Below, one piece after another: positions 16,601 through 25,254 of a stretch of 25,254 nucleotides of DNA. The DNA lies in contig JBMFOP010000048.1 in NCBI GenBank assembly GCA_049969675.1, forward strand, positions 1 to 25,254. Reading direction: 5' to 3'. This DNA comes from Myxococcota bacterium. Lineage in GTDB: Bacteria; Myxococcota; SpSt-1050. How positions within the stretch are numbered: position 1 is the first letter of the stretch; each line of letters starts with the position of its first letter. The notes under the pieces were generated by a model, which did not search any database, was not told the DNA's origin, and saw only the letters and a program-made list of their open reading frames with translations. The position numbers and the translations under genes were made by a program.

Positions 16601-19600
16601 CAGCTCCCTATATTAGAACCACACTCTCTTACGAGATACTCATCAATCAATCCATCGCAGTCATTATCCAGTCCATCGCAGACTTCCTCCTGTGGGCCTA
16701 TTTCATCCATACAATTTGTATAGATGCCGTTTATACATTTTCTATAACCGGCCCTGCACTCTCCAACAGAGGAGCCGCACGGAACTGTAAGTCCCTCATC
16801 TACCTCTCCATTGCAGTTATTATCTTTACCATCACATACCTCTGGTGTGGGCTTTACCTCTCCAAGACAGGGTCCCCACTTTCCGCTCGAGCAGACCTGA
16901 ATACCCCGCTTGCATTCTCCAACATCTGTTCCGCATAGTTGTGTATTGCCGTCAATACAATCACAACCTTCATCCACCACCCCATCGCAATTATTATCCA
17001 GACCATCACAGACCTCGGGCTGTGGTCCTATCTCTCCCACACAGGCTCCCCATACACCGAAATAGCAGGTTCTTATACCTGTCCTACAGATTCCTGCATT
17101 GCTGCCACATACCGTTGTGATGCCCTCATCTACAAGCCCATCACAGTCATTATCCTTCCCATCGCATACTTCCTCGGTTGGTCCTTTTCCCCCTACACAA
17201 TCCGTATATCTTCCATTTACGCAATAAGATATCCCCTGAGTGCACTCACCTACAGAAGAGCCACAGCTCTGGTAAAGGTCTTCATCAGTCTCGCCATCGC
17301 AGTCATTATCCAGACCATCGCATACCTCAATAGACGGTCCTGTTGCCCCAACACAGGCGCCCCACTGTCCACCCACACAGGTCTGCACTCCCGCCTTACA
17401 CTCTCCGATATTGGAACCACAGGCTCTCTGCTCACCATTTACTGCACAGGCACACCCACCATCTACATTATCCACGACTCCGTCACAGTCATTATCAAGC
17501 CCATCACATACCTCAGGTTGTGGTGTTATCTCATTTTCACAATTCCCCCAATTCCCACCCACACAGGTCTGAATTCCCATCTTACACTCCCCTACATTTG
17601 AACCACATAGTCTCGTCAGAAATTCATCTATCTGGCCATCGCAGTCATTGTCAAGCCCATCACATATCTCAACGGACGGCTTTATCTCTCCGAGACAATT
17701 GCCCCAGGAGCCATTCACACATATCTGAGTTCCACTCTTACATTCACCAATATTGGAGCCACACTCTCTTATCAGATTCTCATCTATCTCCCCATCGCAA
17801 TCATTGTCCAATCCATCGCAGACCTCAAAAGAAGGGTCAATCTTACCAATGCAGATGGTCCAGCTCCCTGCTGAACAGGTAGAGAAGCCTTTTTTACAGA
17901 CTCCAAGGTTGTAATCACCACACTCAACCACCAGATTCTCATCAGTTGAACCATCGCAGTCATTATCCTCATTATCGCATATCTCTGGTTCTGGATTGAC
18001 CGCACCTTCACATAAACCCCAGACTCCACCTGTGCAGGTCTGCAGTCCCTGTCTGCATTTCCCAATATTCAGGCCACAGGCTCGTGTCTGACCGGGAGTA
18101 CAATCACAACCTTCATCTATCGTCCCGTTGCAATTATTGTCAAGCCCATCGCAGACCTCTGGCTGTGGCAAAATTCCTCCGATACAGCTACCCCATACAC
18201 CGTTATTGCAGGTCTGGGTACCTTCTTTACAGATACCAATATTGTTTGAACAGCTTCTTGTCAGAGATTCATCTACAAACCCATCACAGTCATTATCAAA
18301 TCCATCGCATATCTCCTCTGTTGGCTCGGTCGCCCCAATACAGGGTCCCCACTCACCTGAGGCACATCTCTGATAACCGTAGGTACAGACACCTACATTC
18401 TTCCCACAGACCTTCGTGAGGTCCTCATCTGTAAGCCCATCACAATCATTATCTTTATTGTCACACAACTCCTCAGAGGGCTCAATATTCCCCACACAGC
18501 TTCCCCACTGCCCATTCTCACAGGTCTGGGTTCCGAATTTACACTCACCTTTATTGCTTGAGCCACAATTCCTTGTCTGCCCATTTATACAGCTGCAACC
18601 CTCGTCTGTAGCATTATCGCAATCATTATCTTTGCCATCACAAATCTCCTCAGCCGGTTTTATTTCACCCACACACTCAGAAGAATAGACGCCATTTATA
18701 CAGTATCTGAACCCGCCTCTGCACTCGCCAATATTTACTCCACAGGGAATCTTTAGTTGCCCGCCGGTATCAGATTCATCTGTATTCCCATCACAGTCAT
18801 TATCTTTGCCATCGCATATCTCGGGCTGTGGGTCAATTGAGCCTGTGCATTGCCCCCACTTTCCATCAGAACACCACTGTGTCCCCTGTTTACAATTTCC
18901 TATATTTGAGCCGCAGGGACGGGACTGCCCATCAATACAGGAACATCCCTCATCTGTAACACCATTACAGTTGTTGTCTTTGCCATCGCATATCTCGGTG
19001 GATGGGAGGACAGCACCCACACACTCAGTTGAATATACCCCATCAATACAAATCCTTCTTCCTTTCCTGCACTCGCCGATATCTGTTCCACACTCCATAG
19101 AGAGCGGTGATCCGTTATCATCCTCATCTATCTGTCCGTCACAGTCATTATCTTTATTGTCACAAATCTCAACAGTTGGTCCCCGTGCACCAATGCACTC
19201 TCGCCACTGCCCGTTTACACACTGCTGTATACCAGCGACACACTCACCTACATCTGTCCCACAGGGTCTGAATAGCCCGTTATCAATTATACCATCGCAG
19301 TCATTGTCAAGTCCGTCACAGACCTCTGGCTCTGGCCAGGTTGCACCATTACAGGTGCCCCAGACTCCATTCTCACAAATCTGTGTCCCCTGTCTGCATA
19401 TCCCCTGAGTATATCCACAGGGTCTGGATGTACCGCTCTGGCATTCACATCCCTCATCAATTGTTCCATTACAATTATTGTCAAGCCCATCACAGACCTC
19501 GGCTGTCGGCTTTACCTCTCCCACACAATCGCCCCAGTTGCCACCAATACAGGTCTGGATCCCGGTCTTACACTCACCTATACTTGAGCCACAGACCCTT

Positions 19601-22600
19601 GTAAGTCCCTCGTCTACCTCCCCATCGCAGTCATTATCAAGTCCATCACAGATCTCAGAACGTGGTCCAACTGAGCCCGTACAGGCTGACCATACACCAT
19701 TTGAACATACCTCAATTCCAGTCTGGCACTCACCCAGATCAGTTCCGCAGACCCTTGAGAGCGTCTCGTCAATCAACCCATTGCAATTATTGTCAATGTT
19801 ATCACAGATCTCCTGTACTGGTTCAACATTACCTATACAGGGACCCCAATTGCCGGCTGTACAATACTGAATTCCGTATTTGCAGGCTCCTATATTAGAA
19901 GAACCACACTCTCTTGAGACACCATTATCAGTTTCACCATCGCAATCGTTGTCCTTATTGTCACAGATTTCTGGAGCCGGATTTACCGCCCCGACACAGG
20001 GACCCCACTGACCATTCTCAAGACATGTCTGAACGCCTGCTTTACATTCACCAATATTTGAACCGCAGGGTTTGGTCTCACCAGTTATACAACTACAACC
20101 CTCATCGGTGGTACCATCGCAGTTATTATCTTTTCCATCACACTTCTCCTCAGATGGCATTATCCCCCCTTCACAGAGCCCCCAGGCACCACCAATACAG
20201 GTTTGAATACCCTGCCTGCACTCTCCTATATTGCTTGAGCAGGTCCTCGTCAATTCCTCATCAGTCTGACCATCGCAATCGTTGTCAAGCCCATCACATA
20301 TCTCCAGAGAGGGGTTAATTCCGCCCTGACACTCTCCCCAATTACCCGCAGAACAGGTCTGAATTCCAAATTCACACATTCCCACATTTGTTCCACAATT
20401 TCTCACAATCTCCTCATCTGTCTGTCCATCACAGTCATTATCCTTATTATCACATATCTCCGGAGTTGGATTTACTCCACCTTCACAGATACTCCACTGC
20501 CCATTTATACACATCTGGGTACCATACCTGCATTCTCCAATATTCAATCCACAGTTTCTGGTCTGCCCATTGATACAGGAGCAGCCCTCATCCACAGCAT
20601 TATCACAATCATTATCCAGACCATCGCAAATCTCCTCAGAAGGCCTTATCTCTCCAATACACTCAGTTGTATATTGCCCATTGATACAAATATATAGTCC
20701 CTTTCTACACTGCCCTATATCTGAGCCACAAGGGATAGATAGCAGTCCACCACCATCTGCCTCATCGGTAGTACCATCGCAGTCATTATCCAGCCCATCA
20801 CATATCTCTAACTGGGGATCTACCTTCCCATAACATTCCACTGACCAGTGGAAATCGATGCAAAGTTTTACGCCGGGCCTGCATATACCGACATTAGAAC
20901 CCGGACACTGGAGTGTATCACCAGGCCTGCACTCAACATTGTCTGAACCATCCAGCCAGTTTGGAATCCCATCATCATCTACATCACCTGTCAACTCAAA
21001 TACATCTGGATTATTGTCTCCATCAGAATCAAAGTCCCTGAAGTTCATAACTCCATCTCCATCGGCATCAGGATAGAGTGTATTGCAGATAGGGTTGGTA
21101 CAGAGTGAGAAGTTGGGTACATACTCAACATTATCAGATATAGTATCATTATCAGAATCCAGATCTCTGAAGTCCGGTACTCCATCGCTATCTGTATCCA
21201 CCGGTGGCTGGTGTGATTGTGTCCTCCCATATTCTATAGAATCCGGGATACCATCATTATCAGAATCTGTATCTCTAAAATCTGGTGTCCCATCATTATC
21301 CCTATCAGAGACATCGTATGGATTGCAGTTTGAATAGTTCTTACAGACCTCATAGAAGTCATCAATACCATCCCCATCTGTATCCCTGCTATTTGGATTT
21401 GAACCAATAGATACCTCCACACCGTTCTTAATCCCATCATCATCCATATCTCCGTCAGGACCATCATCATCACTCATATCCAAGTAATTTGGCTTACCAT
21501 CATTATCTATGTCTCCACCACCCTCTACCATATCAGGTTTACCATCTCCATCTGAATCCGTATCTATATAGTTCGGTACTCCATCATTATCACAATCAGT
21601 AAGTGGTCCAATACACTGACCGGATGTGGGATTGCGTTCTAATGAATCCAGAATTCCATCGTTGTCAGAATCTGTATCTCTAAAGTCATATTGCCCATCA
21701 CCGTCAGAATTTCTGGGTGGAAAATTATATGCACCAGAAGGTAGTCCGCTCTCAATTAAATCTGAGATTCCATCATTATCAGAATCAGTATCCAGAAAAT
21801 CTGGTACTCCGTCTCCATCTGTATCTACCGGGTGAGCGGGGTCACAGGGGCCCGAGGTCGGACAGACCTCAAATCTATCTCCTATATGGTCCCCGTCAGT
21901 GTCCGGGTTATTCTTATTAGACCCCGCGAGGTCCTCCTCAGCATTTGTAAGTCCATCATTATCGGCATCCGCAATTGGCCCATCCAGATCATTGGAATCC
22001 AGATAGTTCTGAATACCATCACCGTCAGAATCACCGGTCCCTTCAATCTGGTCAGACTTTCCATCATTATCTGAATCCCAATCCCTATAATTTGGAATTC
22101 CATCTCCATCTGTATCTGCTGTCCCTTCCACAGAATCCGGAATCCCGTCATTATCAGAGTCTGTATCTCTAAAATCTGGAATTCCATCTCCATCTGTATC
22201 TCTCGGCGCCTCATTTATAAAGACATTCCCGCGCTCTACAGAATCCGTGATCCCGTCATTGTCAGAATCAGGGTCTTTTGCATCTATCAATCCATCTCCA
22301 TCCGTATTCACTGGATTTAATGGATTACATACACCCACATACGGGCAGACCTCATAGTAATCGCTGATTCCATCTCCATCAGTATCTGCATTATGGGTAT
22401 CTGTCCCGATAGCCTGCTCAACCTGATTGGCAAGCCCATCCTCATCGGGGTCACCGATAGGACCATCTGTATCATTGTAATCCATATAATTTGGTGCCCC
22501 ATCTCCATCATTGTCATCCATACCTTCCAGATAATCTCCCTTACCATCTCCATCTGAATCCACATCCAGATAATTTGGAATCCCATCATCATCACAGTCA

Positions 22601-24798
22601 GTGAGAGGTCCCATACATTGACCCGATGGAGGGTTGTATTCTACAGAATCCGGTACTCTATCATTGTCAGAATCTGTATCCTGAAAGTTATATATCCCAT
22701 CATAATCAGAATCAAGGGGTGGTTGATTCAGAACCGAATTCCCTTTCTCCTCTGTATCTGGAATTCCATCTCCATCTGAATCCAGATCAAGTGCATCAGG
22801 TATTCCATCACTGTCATGGTCATAAGGATGTGCGGGGTCACTCCCCACCTCATACCTATCCAATATATTATCCCCATCAGAATCAGGGTTAAACGGGTCC
22901 ATACATATCGCAGTATCTGCATCAGAACAATAGCAAATACACCTCTCACCTGGCACGGCACAATTTACAGAGAGAACCCAATTGTTACAGGCTGGAACAC
23001 CTGTGGTTGCACCATTTGGGACCCCGTCATTATCGGAATCTCCACAGGGACCATCATTGTCATTAATATCAAGGTAATTTGGGTTCCCATCACAATCTAA
23101 ATCACCCAACCCCTCAACCAGATCTGATTTGCCATCTCCATCAGAATCTGTATCAGCTGAATTTATAAACCCATCATTGTCACAGTCCCAGAGCGGTGCA
23201 CCGGCCACACACTCCCCGACTGTTGTGCTATACTCCACCGAATCCAATATTCCATCTCCATCTGAATCCAGGTCTCTAAAATCTGGAATTCCATCTCCAT
23301 CTGTATCCACAGGGGGAGTCAGGAAGTCATCATCTCCGGCCTCAATGCTATCTGGAACCCCATCATTATCCGAATCTGTATCCAGATAATCTGCTATTCC
23401 ATCATTGTCGGTATCTGGGGGAACCGGGTCAAATCTACCCTCGTGTATATCACTTATCCAATCCCCATCCTGATCAACATCCGGCATCGCCTTGAGTTGT
23501 AACTGAAAATTGTCAAATGCATTGCCACCGCCAGTCTGAACCACACAGGGTTTATCGCATTGAACTCTGTAGAGAGTATTTCTATAATTTGCTGAAAGAA
23601 AGTCAATAAATCCATCTGCATTTAAGACCTGAGGAGATGGTGGAATCTGGCCTGCCCCCGCAAGGCGGGTAATTGTAACCGTAGTATTGTTATACATTGC
23701 AAATAGGACTGCACCCAGATTCTGTGTCTGGAAAATAATATCCAGACCGTCCTTATCTATCTGCTGTGCAATATCATCTCCCATATAATCAATTGTAGTT
23801 CCTCCCTGCGTATCTCCACACCAGACCTTTATATCTTTATCAGCCTTTACTCTATAATTTCTCGTTGCACCTGCTACTCCGAGATTATTTCTAAAATATA
23901 CCTCACCAGCATTTAGTGTCCTCAGACACTCTGTGGTACAACACCCATTTGCATCACAGTTTGCACAACTACCTGTAATATTCAAATAATTTCCTGCGCA
24001 GGTTCCATTGAAATCAAAGACAGAGATTTTTGTATTATTCTCAAAAGAGAATGCAGCAATATCTCCGCCACCCGTACTGAGTCTCATCACAGGACAGTAG
24101 AAAGTCTTCCCTGTATCAGTCCCCTTTTCAGAGGGATTTACATCATATCCATCAACTGCTGTAGCCACAATAGCGATATTTCCAGCGCTCTTAATCCAGG
24201 TCACATCGTGAAAACCTATATATGCCCTTATATCTCTAAACTCCTCTCTTGCCAGATTGAATTGCCCTCTGATATTTCCACTCTCATCCATAATACATAC
24301 ACCGCAGGTGCAGGTCGGGGCACTTGTATTACAGGCTGGGCCCGTTGTTGCATCTTCATAACCTATTGCCACATATATAGTCTCCGTCCTCGTAGCATCT
24401 CCAACAGGGGCGAAGAAGAAGAACTCTCTCCCCACTCTCACATTTGGGTCAATTGTTGAGTAAAAGACCGTACCAGAGTTTTCATGGGCAAAAAATGCAC
24501 TTCCACCACCCATCTGCGCAACAATAGGATGATTATAAGACCTGACTTTATAATGTCCTACAGGTAGAGTTACTATTTTAAGAGAACCTCTCCCGAGCAG
24601 AATTGGTCCCCAATGAAAACTTGGGTTATCAAGCGACCACACCTCCACATAGGTATTGTCGTACACCCCGGACAGATAGAGTCTCCCCCCAGTAGAACCT
24701 CCAAGCGGGTTATAGACATAATAGAGATTCCCTGCTGGATAAAGAAAAGATGGGAAAAATATAGAGATAAATACGACCAGTAAACATAGCCTTCTCAT
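13684..24798 (-). CDS. Giant repeat adhesin fused to a beta-barrel/OmpA-family outer-membrane protein
   Basis: 3704 aa; N-terminal signal peptide, about 410-aa non-acidic head, DxDxDG Ca-binding repeats, 30 ExCDxxDNxCxG repeats, acidic linker, GGGCQCS plus two hydrophobic helices, barrel-like region, and OmpA-like C-terminal domain (IQFALNS, IEGHTD, NLRLSQDRADAV, GYG, NRRVEF). Confidence 0.92.
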   Translation of the reverse strand: MRRLCLLVVFISIFFPSFLYPAGNLYYVYNPLGGSTGGRLYLSGVYDNTYVEVWSLDNPSFHWGPILLGRGSLKIVTLPVGHYKVRSYNHPIVAQMGGGSAFFAHENSGTVFYSTIDPNVRVGREFFFFAPVGDATRTETIYVAIGYEDATTGPACNTSAPTCTCGVCIMDESGNIRGQFNLAREEFRDIRAYIGFHDVTWIKSAGNIAIVATAVDGYDVNPSEKGTDTGKTFYCPVMRLSTGGGDIAAFSFENNTKISVFDFNGTCAGNYLNITGSCANCDANGCCTTECLRTLNAGEVYFRNNLGVAGATRNYRVKADKDIKVWCGDTQGGTTIDYMGDDIAQQIDKDGLDIIFQTQNLGAVLFAMYNNTTVTITRLAGAGQIPPSPQVLNADGFIDFLSANYRNTLYRVQCDKPCVVQTGGGNAFDNFQLQLKAMPDVDQDGDWISDIHEGRFDPVPPDTDNDGIADYLDTDSDNDGVPDSIEAGDDDFLTPPVDTDGDGIPDFRDLDSDGDGILDSVEYSTTVGECVAGAPLWDCDNDGFINSADTDSDGDGKSDLVEGLGDLDCDGNPNYLDINDNDGPCGDSDNDGVPNGATTGVPACNNWVLSVNCAVPGERCICYCSDADTAICMDPFNPDSDGDNILDRYEVGSDPAHPYDHDSDGIPDALDLDSDGDGIPDTEEKGNSVLNQPPLDSDYDGIYNFQDTDSDNDRVPDSVEYNPPSGQCMGPLTDCDDDGIPNYLDVDSDGDGKGDYLEGMDDNDGDGAPNYMDYNDTDGPIGDPDEDGLANQVEQAIGTDTHNADTDGDGISDYYEVCPYVGVCNPLNPVNTDGDGLIDAKDPDSDNDGITDSVERGNVFINEAPRDTDGDGIPDFRDTDSDNDGIPDSVEGTADTDGDGIPNYRDWDSDNDGKSDQIEGTGDSDGDGIQNYLDSNDLDGPIADADNDGLTNAEEDLAGSNKNNPDTDGDHIGDRFEVCPTSGPCDPAHPVDTDGDGVPDFLDTDSDNDGISDLIESGLPSGAYNFPPRNSDGDGQYDFRDTDSDNDGILDSLERNPTSGQCIGPLTDCDNDGVPNYIDTDSDGDGKPDMVEGGGDIDNDGKPNYLDMSDDDGPDGDMDDDGIKNGVEVSIGSNPNSRDTDGDGIDDFYEVCKNYSNCNPYDVSDRDNDGTPDFRDTDSDNDGIPDSIEYGRTQSHQPPVDTDSDGVPDFRDLDSDNDTISDNVEYVPNFSLCTNPICNTLYPDADGDGVMNFRDFDSDGDNNPDVFELTGDVDDDGIPNWLDGSDNVECRPGDTLQCPGSNVGICRPGVKLCIDFHWSVECYGKVDPQLEICDGLDNDCDGTTDEADGGGLLSIPCGSDIGQCRKGLYICINGQYTTECIGEIRPSEEICDGLDNDCDNAVDEGCSCINGQTRNCGLNIGECRYGTQMCINGQWSICEGGVNPTPEICDNKDNDCDGQTDEEIVRNCGTNVGMCEFGIQTCSAGNWGECQGGINPSLEICDGLDNDCDGQTDEELTRTCSSNIGECRQGIQTCIGGAWGLCEGGIMPSEEKCDGKDNNCDGTTDEGCSCITGETKPCGSNIGECKAGVQTCLENGQWGPCVGAVNPAPEICDNKDNDCDGETDNGVSRECGSSNIGACKYGIQYCTAGNWGPCIGNVEPVQEICDNIDNNCNGLIDETLSRVCGTDLGECQTGIEVCSNGVWSACTGSVGPRSEICDGLDNDCDGEVDEGLTRVCGSSIGECKTGIQTCIGGNWGDCVGEVKPTAEVCDGLDNNCNGTIDEGCECQSGTSRPCGYTQGICRQGTQICENGVWGTCNGATWPEPEVCDGLDNDCDGIIDNGLFRPCGTDVGECVAGIQQCVNGQWRECIGARGPTVEICDNKDNDCDGQIDEDDNGSPLSMECGTDIGECRKGRRICIDGVYSTECVGAVLPSTEICDGKDNNCNGVTDEGCSCIDGQSRPCGSNIGNCKQGTQWCSDGKWGQCTGSIDPQPEICDGKDNDCDGNTDESDTGGQLKIPCGVNIGECRGGFRYCINGVYSSECVGEIKPAEEICDGKDNDCDNATDEGCSCINGQTRNCGSSNKGECKFGTQTCENGQWGSCVGNIEPSEELCDNKDNDCDGLTDEDLTKVCGKNVGVCTYGYQRCASGEWGPCIGATEPTEEICDGFDNDCDGFVDESLTRSCSNNIGICKEGTQTCNNGVWGSCIGGILPQPEVCDGLDNNCNGTIDEGCDCTPGQTRACGLNIGKCRQGLQTCTGGVWGLCEGAVNPEPEICDNEDNDCDGSTDENLVVECGDYNLGVCKKGFSTCSAGSWTICIGKIDPSFEVCDGLDNDCDGEIDENLIRECGSNIGECKSGTQICVNGSWGNCLGEIKPSVEICDGLDNDCDGQIDEFLTRLCGSNVGECKMGIQTCVGGNWGNCENEITPQPEVCDGLDNDCDGVVDNVDGGCACAVNGEQRACGSNIGECKAGVQTCVGGQWGACVGATGPSIEVCDGLDNDCDGETDEDLYQSCGSSVGECTQGISYCVNGRYTDCVGGKGPTEEVCDGKDNDCDGLVDEGITTVCGSNAGICRTGIRTCYFGVWGACVGEIGPQPEVCDGLDNNCDGVVDEGCDCIDGNTQLCGTDVGECKRGIQVCSSGKWGPCLGEVKPTPEVCDGKDNNCNGEVDEGLTVPCGSSVGECRAGYRKCINGIYTNCMDEIGPQEEVCDGLDNDCDGLIDEYLVRECGSNIGSCRTGLQSCKDGRWGECIGAIGPKDEICGDGLDNNCNGQIDEGCACDDGETQECGTDEGECQKGIQNCVNGQWGVCSGAINPTAEICDNKDNDCDGETDENLYSKCGSDIGECKSGVRVCKNGVWGECLGEIKPTYEKCDGLDNNCNGEYDENITIPCGTNVGECRMGIATCVGGKIGECIGAIDPVPEVCDGKDNNCNGLIDENLPDCVGPDAGTDAETDAELPDVVEDVVLDATIDVEDATSDAITDLEDAGEDIITDIGDTSIDTADVMATDATIDVMGEDANISDVATSQDIISLDAGSRHNLIGRVMGGGCQCSVMDESEKDSDSGVLEILLVVVGLIFAVSSISRRWLWLLILLISLPLYAQQVNTNRLISTVDSKGTMITESAEISESNNLNIGFYLFYVKSPLVFVDEKHNKVDDLVDYRMDADLFASYSFAPYFEGGVVLPMALFQSGKSGLYEGAREGLSQGGLGDIWLIPKLRFLSQTEEVFGRRRYPVSFGFVPAVIIPSGDEKNMLGEPGFAFSPRFTLSRVFPFKMMLALNLGYTFRERTRLGEKLYQIYDDEIVYNIGVTYPLMLKGRELILGFDLSGATSAVYPFQYEEQNPLEWLLSSRYFFANGIGVVGGVGGGILPGYGSPLFRVILGVMFATDRMETPKPQIVERVVEKPKVVETPKPVVKTGIIKGVVYDEETENPLGNVVIRIENTDLPNLATDSKSGEFKTLPLNVGIYNLALSKDGYFEKKVSAQVTKDVVTNLKVFLKKKIIQGSIIVQVLNEKRRNINDAEVTAVSGDREIKIQRTSDGIYTSRLDVGKWYVVAKAPDKLSVGKVVEVEEERDATVELMLKDRPKEQLIVVEQNKITLKKKIQFALNSAKIDKSSTIILDMIADVINANPKIKKVKIEGHTDDIGLREKNLRLSQDRADAVKAYLIKVGIPAELLEAKGYGPDKPLVPNTSKKNREINRRVEFIIEE
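15505..15669 (-). other. Internal MYXO-CTERM-like sorting tag followed by an internal signal-peptide-like segment
   Basis: aa 3044-3098: GGGCQCSV, polar spacer, helix VLEILLVVVGLIFAVSSI, SRR, helix WLWLLILLISLP, then LYA|QQ. Confidence 0.7.
15975..20930 (-). repeat. 30 intragenic Cys-rich repeats (MopE-related/myxococcal ExCDGxDNDCDG type)
   Basis: Manual count of 30 units of about 52-62 aa, consensus E[IV]CDG[LK]DN[DN]C[DN]GxxDE...CGxNxGxCxxGxQxCxxGxWGxCxGxxxP; boundaries approximate. Confidence 0.9.
20935..23485 (-). repeat. Thrombospondin type 3-like acidic Ca-binding repeat region
   Basis: Dense DTDGDGIPDFRDTDSDNDG-type motifs arranged in about five super-repeats; boundaries approximate. 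Confidence 0.85.
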
Positions 24799-25254
24799 TT
24801 CTCACCTACCTTAAATATAGATAAAAGACATACCTCTAATAATTTATACCAGAATTATCAATCTCTGTCTATCTTTTTTCTCTTATCCTGCTTTGAGTAT
24901 TGGATTTCAGAAATATAGAATCAGTATTATGTTATATTTATCACCACTCACTCATCTATCTGAAATAAATTTACATTGAAGACTCAAAGATATTGAATTT
25001 TTAAGAGATGGGTTTCTATAAATATATGTCATAGTAGTTTTCAACAAACCACACAAATACTTCTTAAGAATTATGTTTTAAAAGGTGGTGAGAAAGGATA
25101 GTAGAGAGAGGAATAAAGGGATTTAACTCTTAAAAGTAATTCGTAGCGATGTTTATGGATTATCTCTTCACCCTCTTAGACTCTTTAATCGTAACTTCTA
25201 CGCAAAGTGCACAGAAGGTCTTTCAATGACTTTGGTTTCGGCTATACCGAATCA

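Noticed and set aside
15975..23485. Recurrent DNA words such as CCATCGCAGTCATTATC that could mimic a CRISPR array
   Set aside because: Degenerate at synonymous positions, spaced about 156-186 bp in the Cys-rich region, in frame within a CDS, and no cas genes.
13922..24459. Many alternative-frame and antisense ORFs of 60-220 aa inside the giant gene
   Set aside because: Ser/Pro/His/Met-rich shadows of the repetitive Asp/Gly/Cys codons; no recognisable motifs.
25125..25254. Open plus-strand frame running off the right edge
   Set aside because: Too short to evaluate, with no recognisable motif.

Overview
AT-rich bacterial chromosomal window with myxobacterial/deltaproteobacterial-style surface proteins and no recognisable rRNA, tRNA, CRISPR array or intact transposase. 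Left to right: a minus-strand CymR-like Rrf2 regulator plus cysK operon with a near-consensus sigma70 promoter; an isolated SctV/FlhA-family export-gate gene followed by purB, a small LptM-like lipoprotein, dapA and dapB; a convergent 776-aa Cys-rich lipoprotein with knottin-like modules; an 887-aa tandem-duplicated tyrosine phenol-lyase/tryptophanase-family protein; and a 3704-aa repeat adhesin. Two things stand out. (1) The two halves of the lyase have lost complementary active-site elements, suggesting one composite active site. (2) The giant protein looks like a polyprotein: an adhesin with an internal MYXO-CTERM-like tag, then a second signal peptide and a TraB-like beta-barrel/OmpA protein. 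All family calls come from motif recognition by eye; no searches were run.
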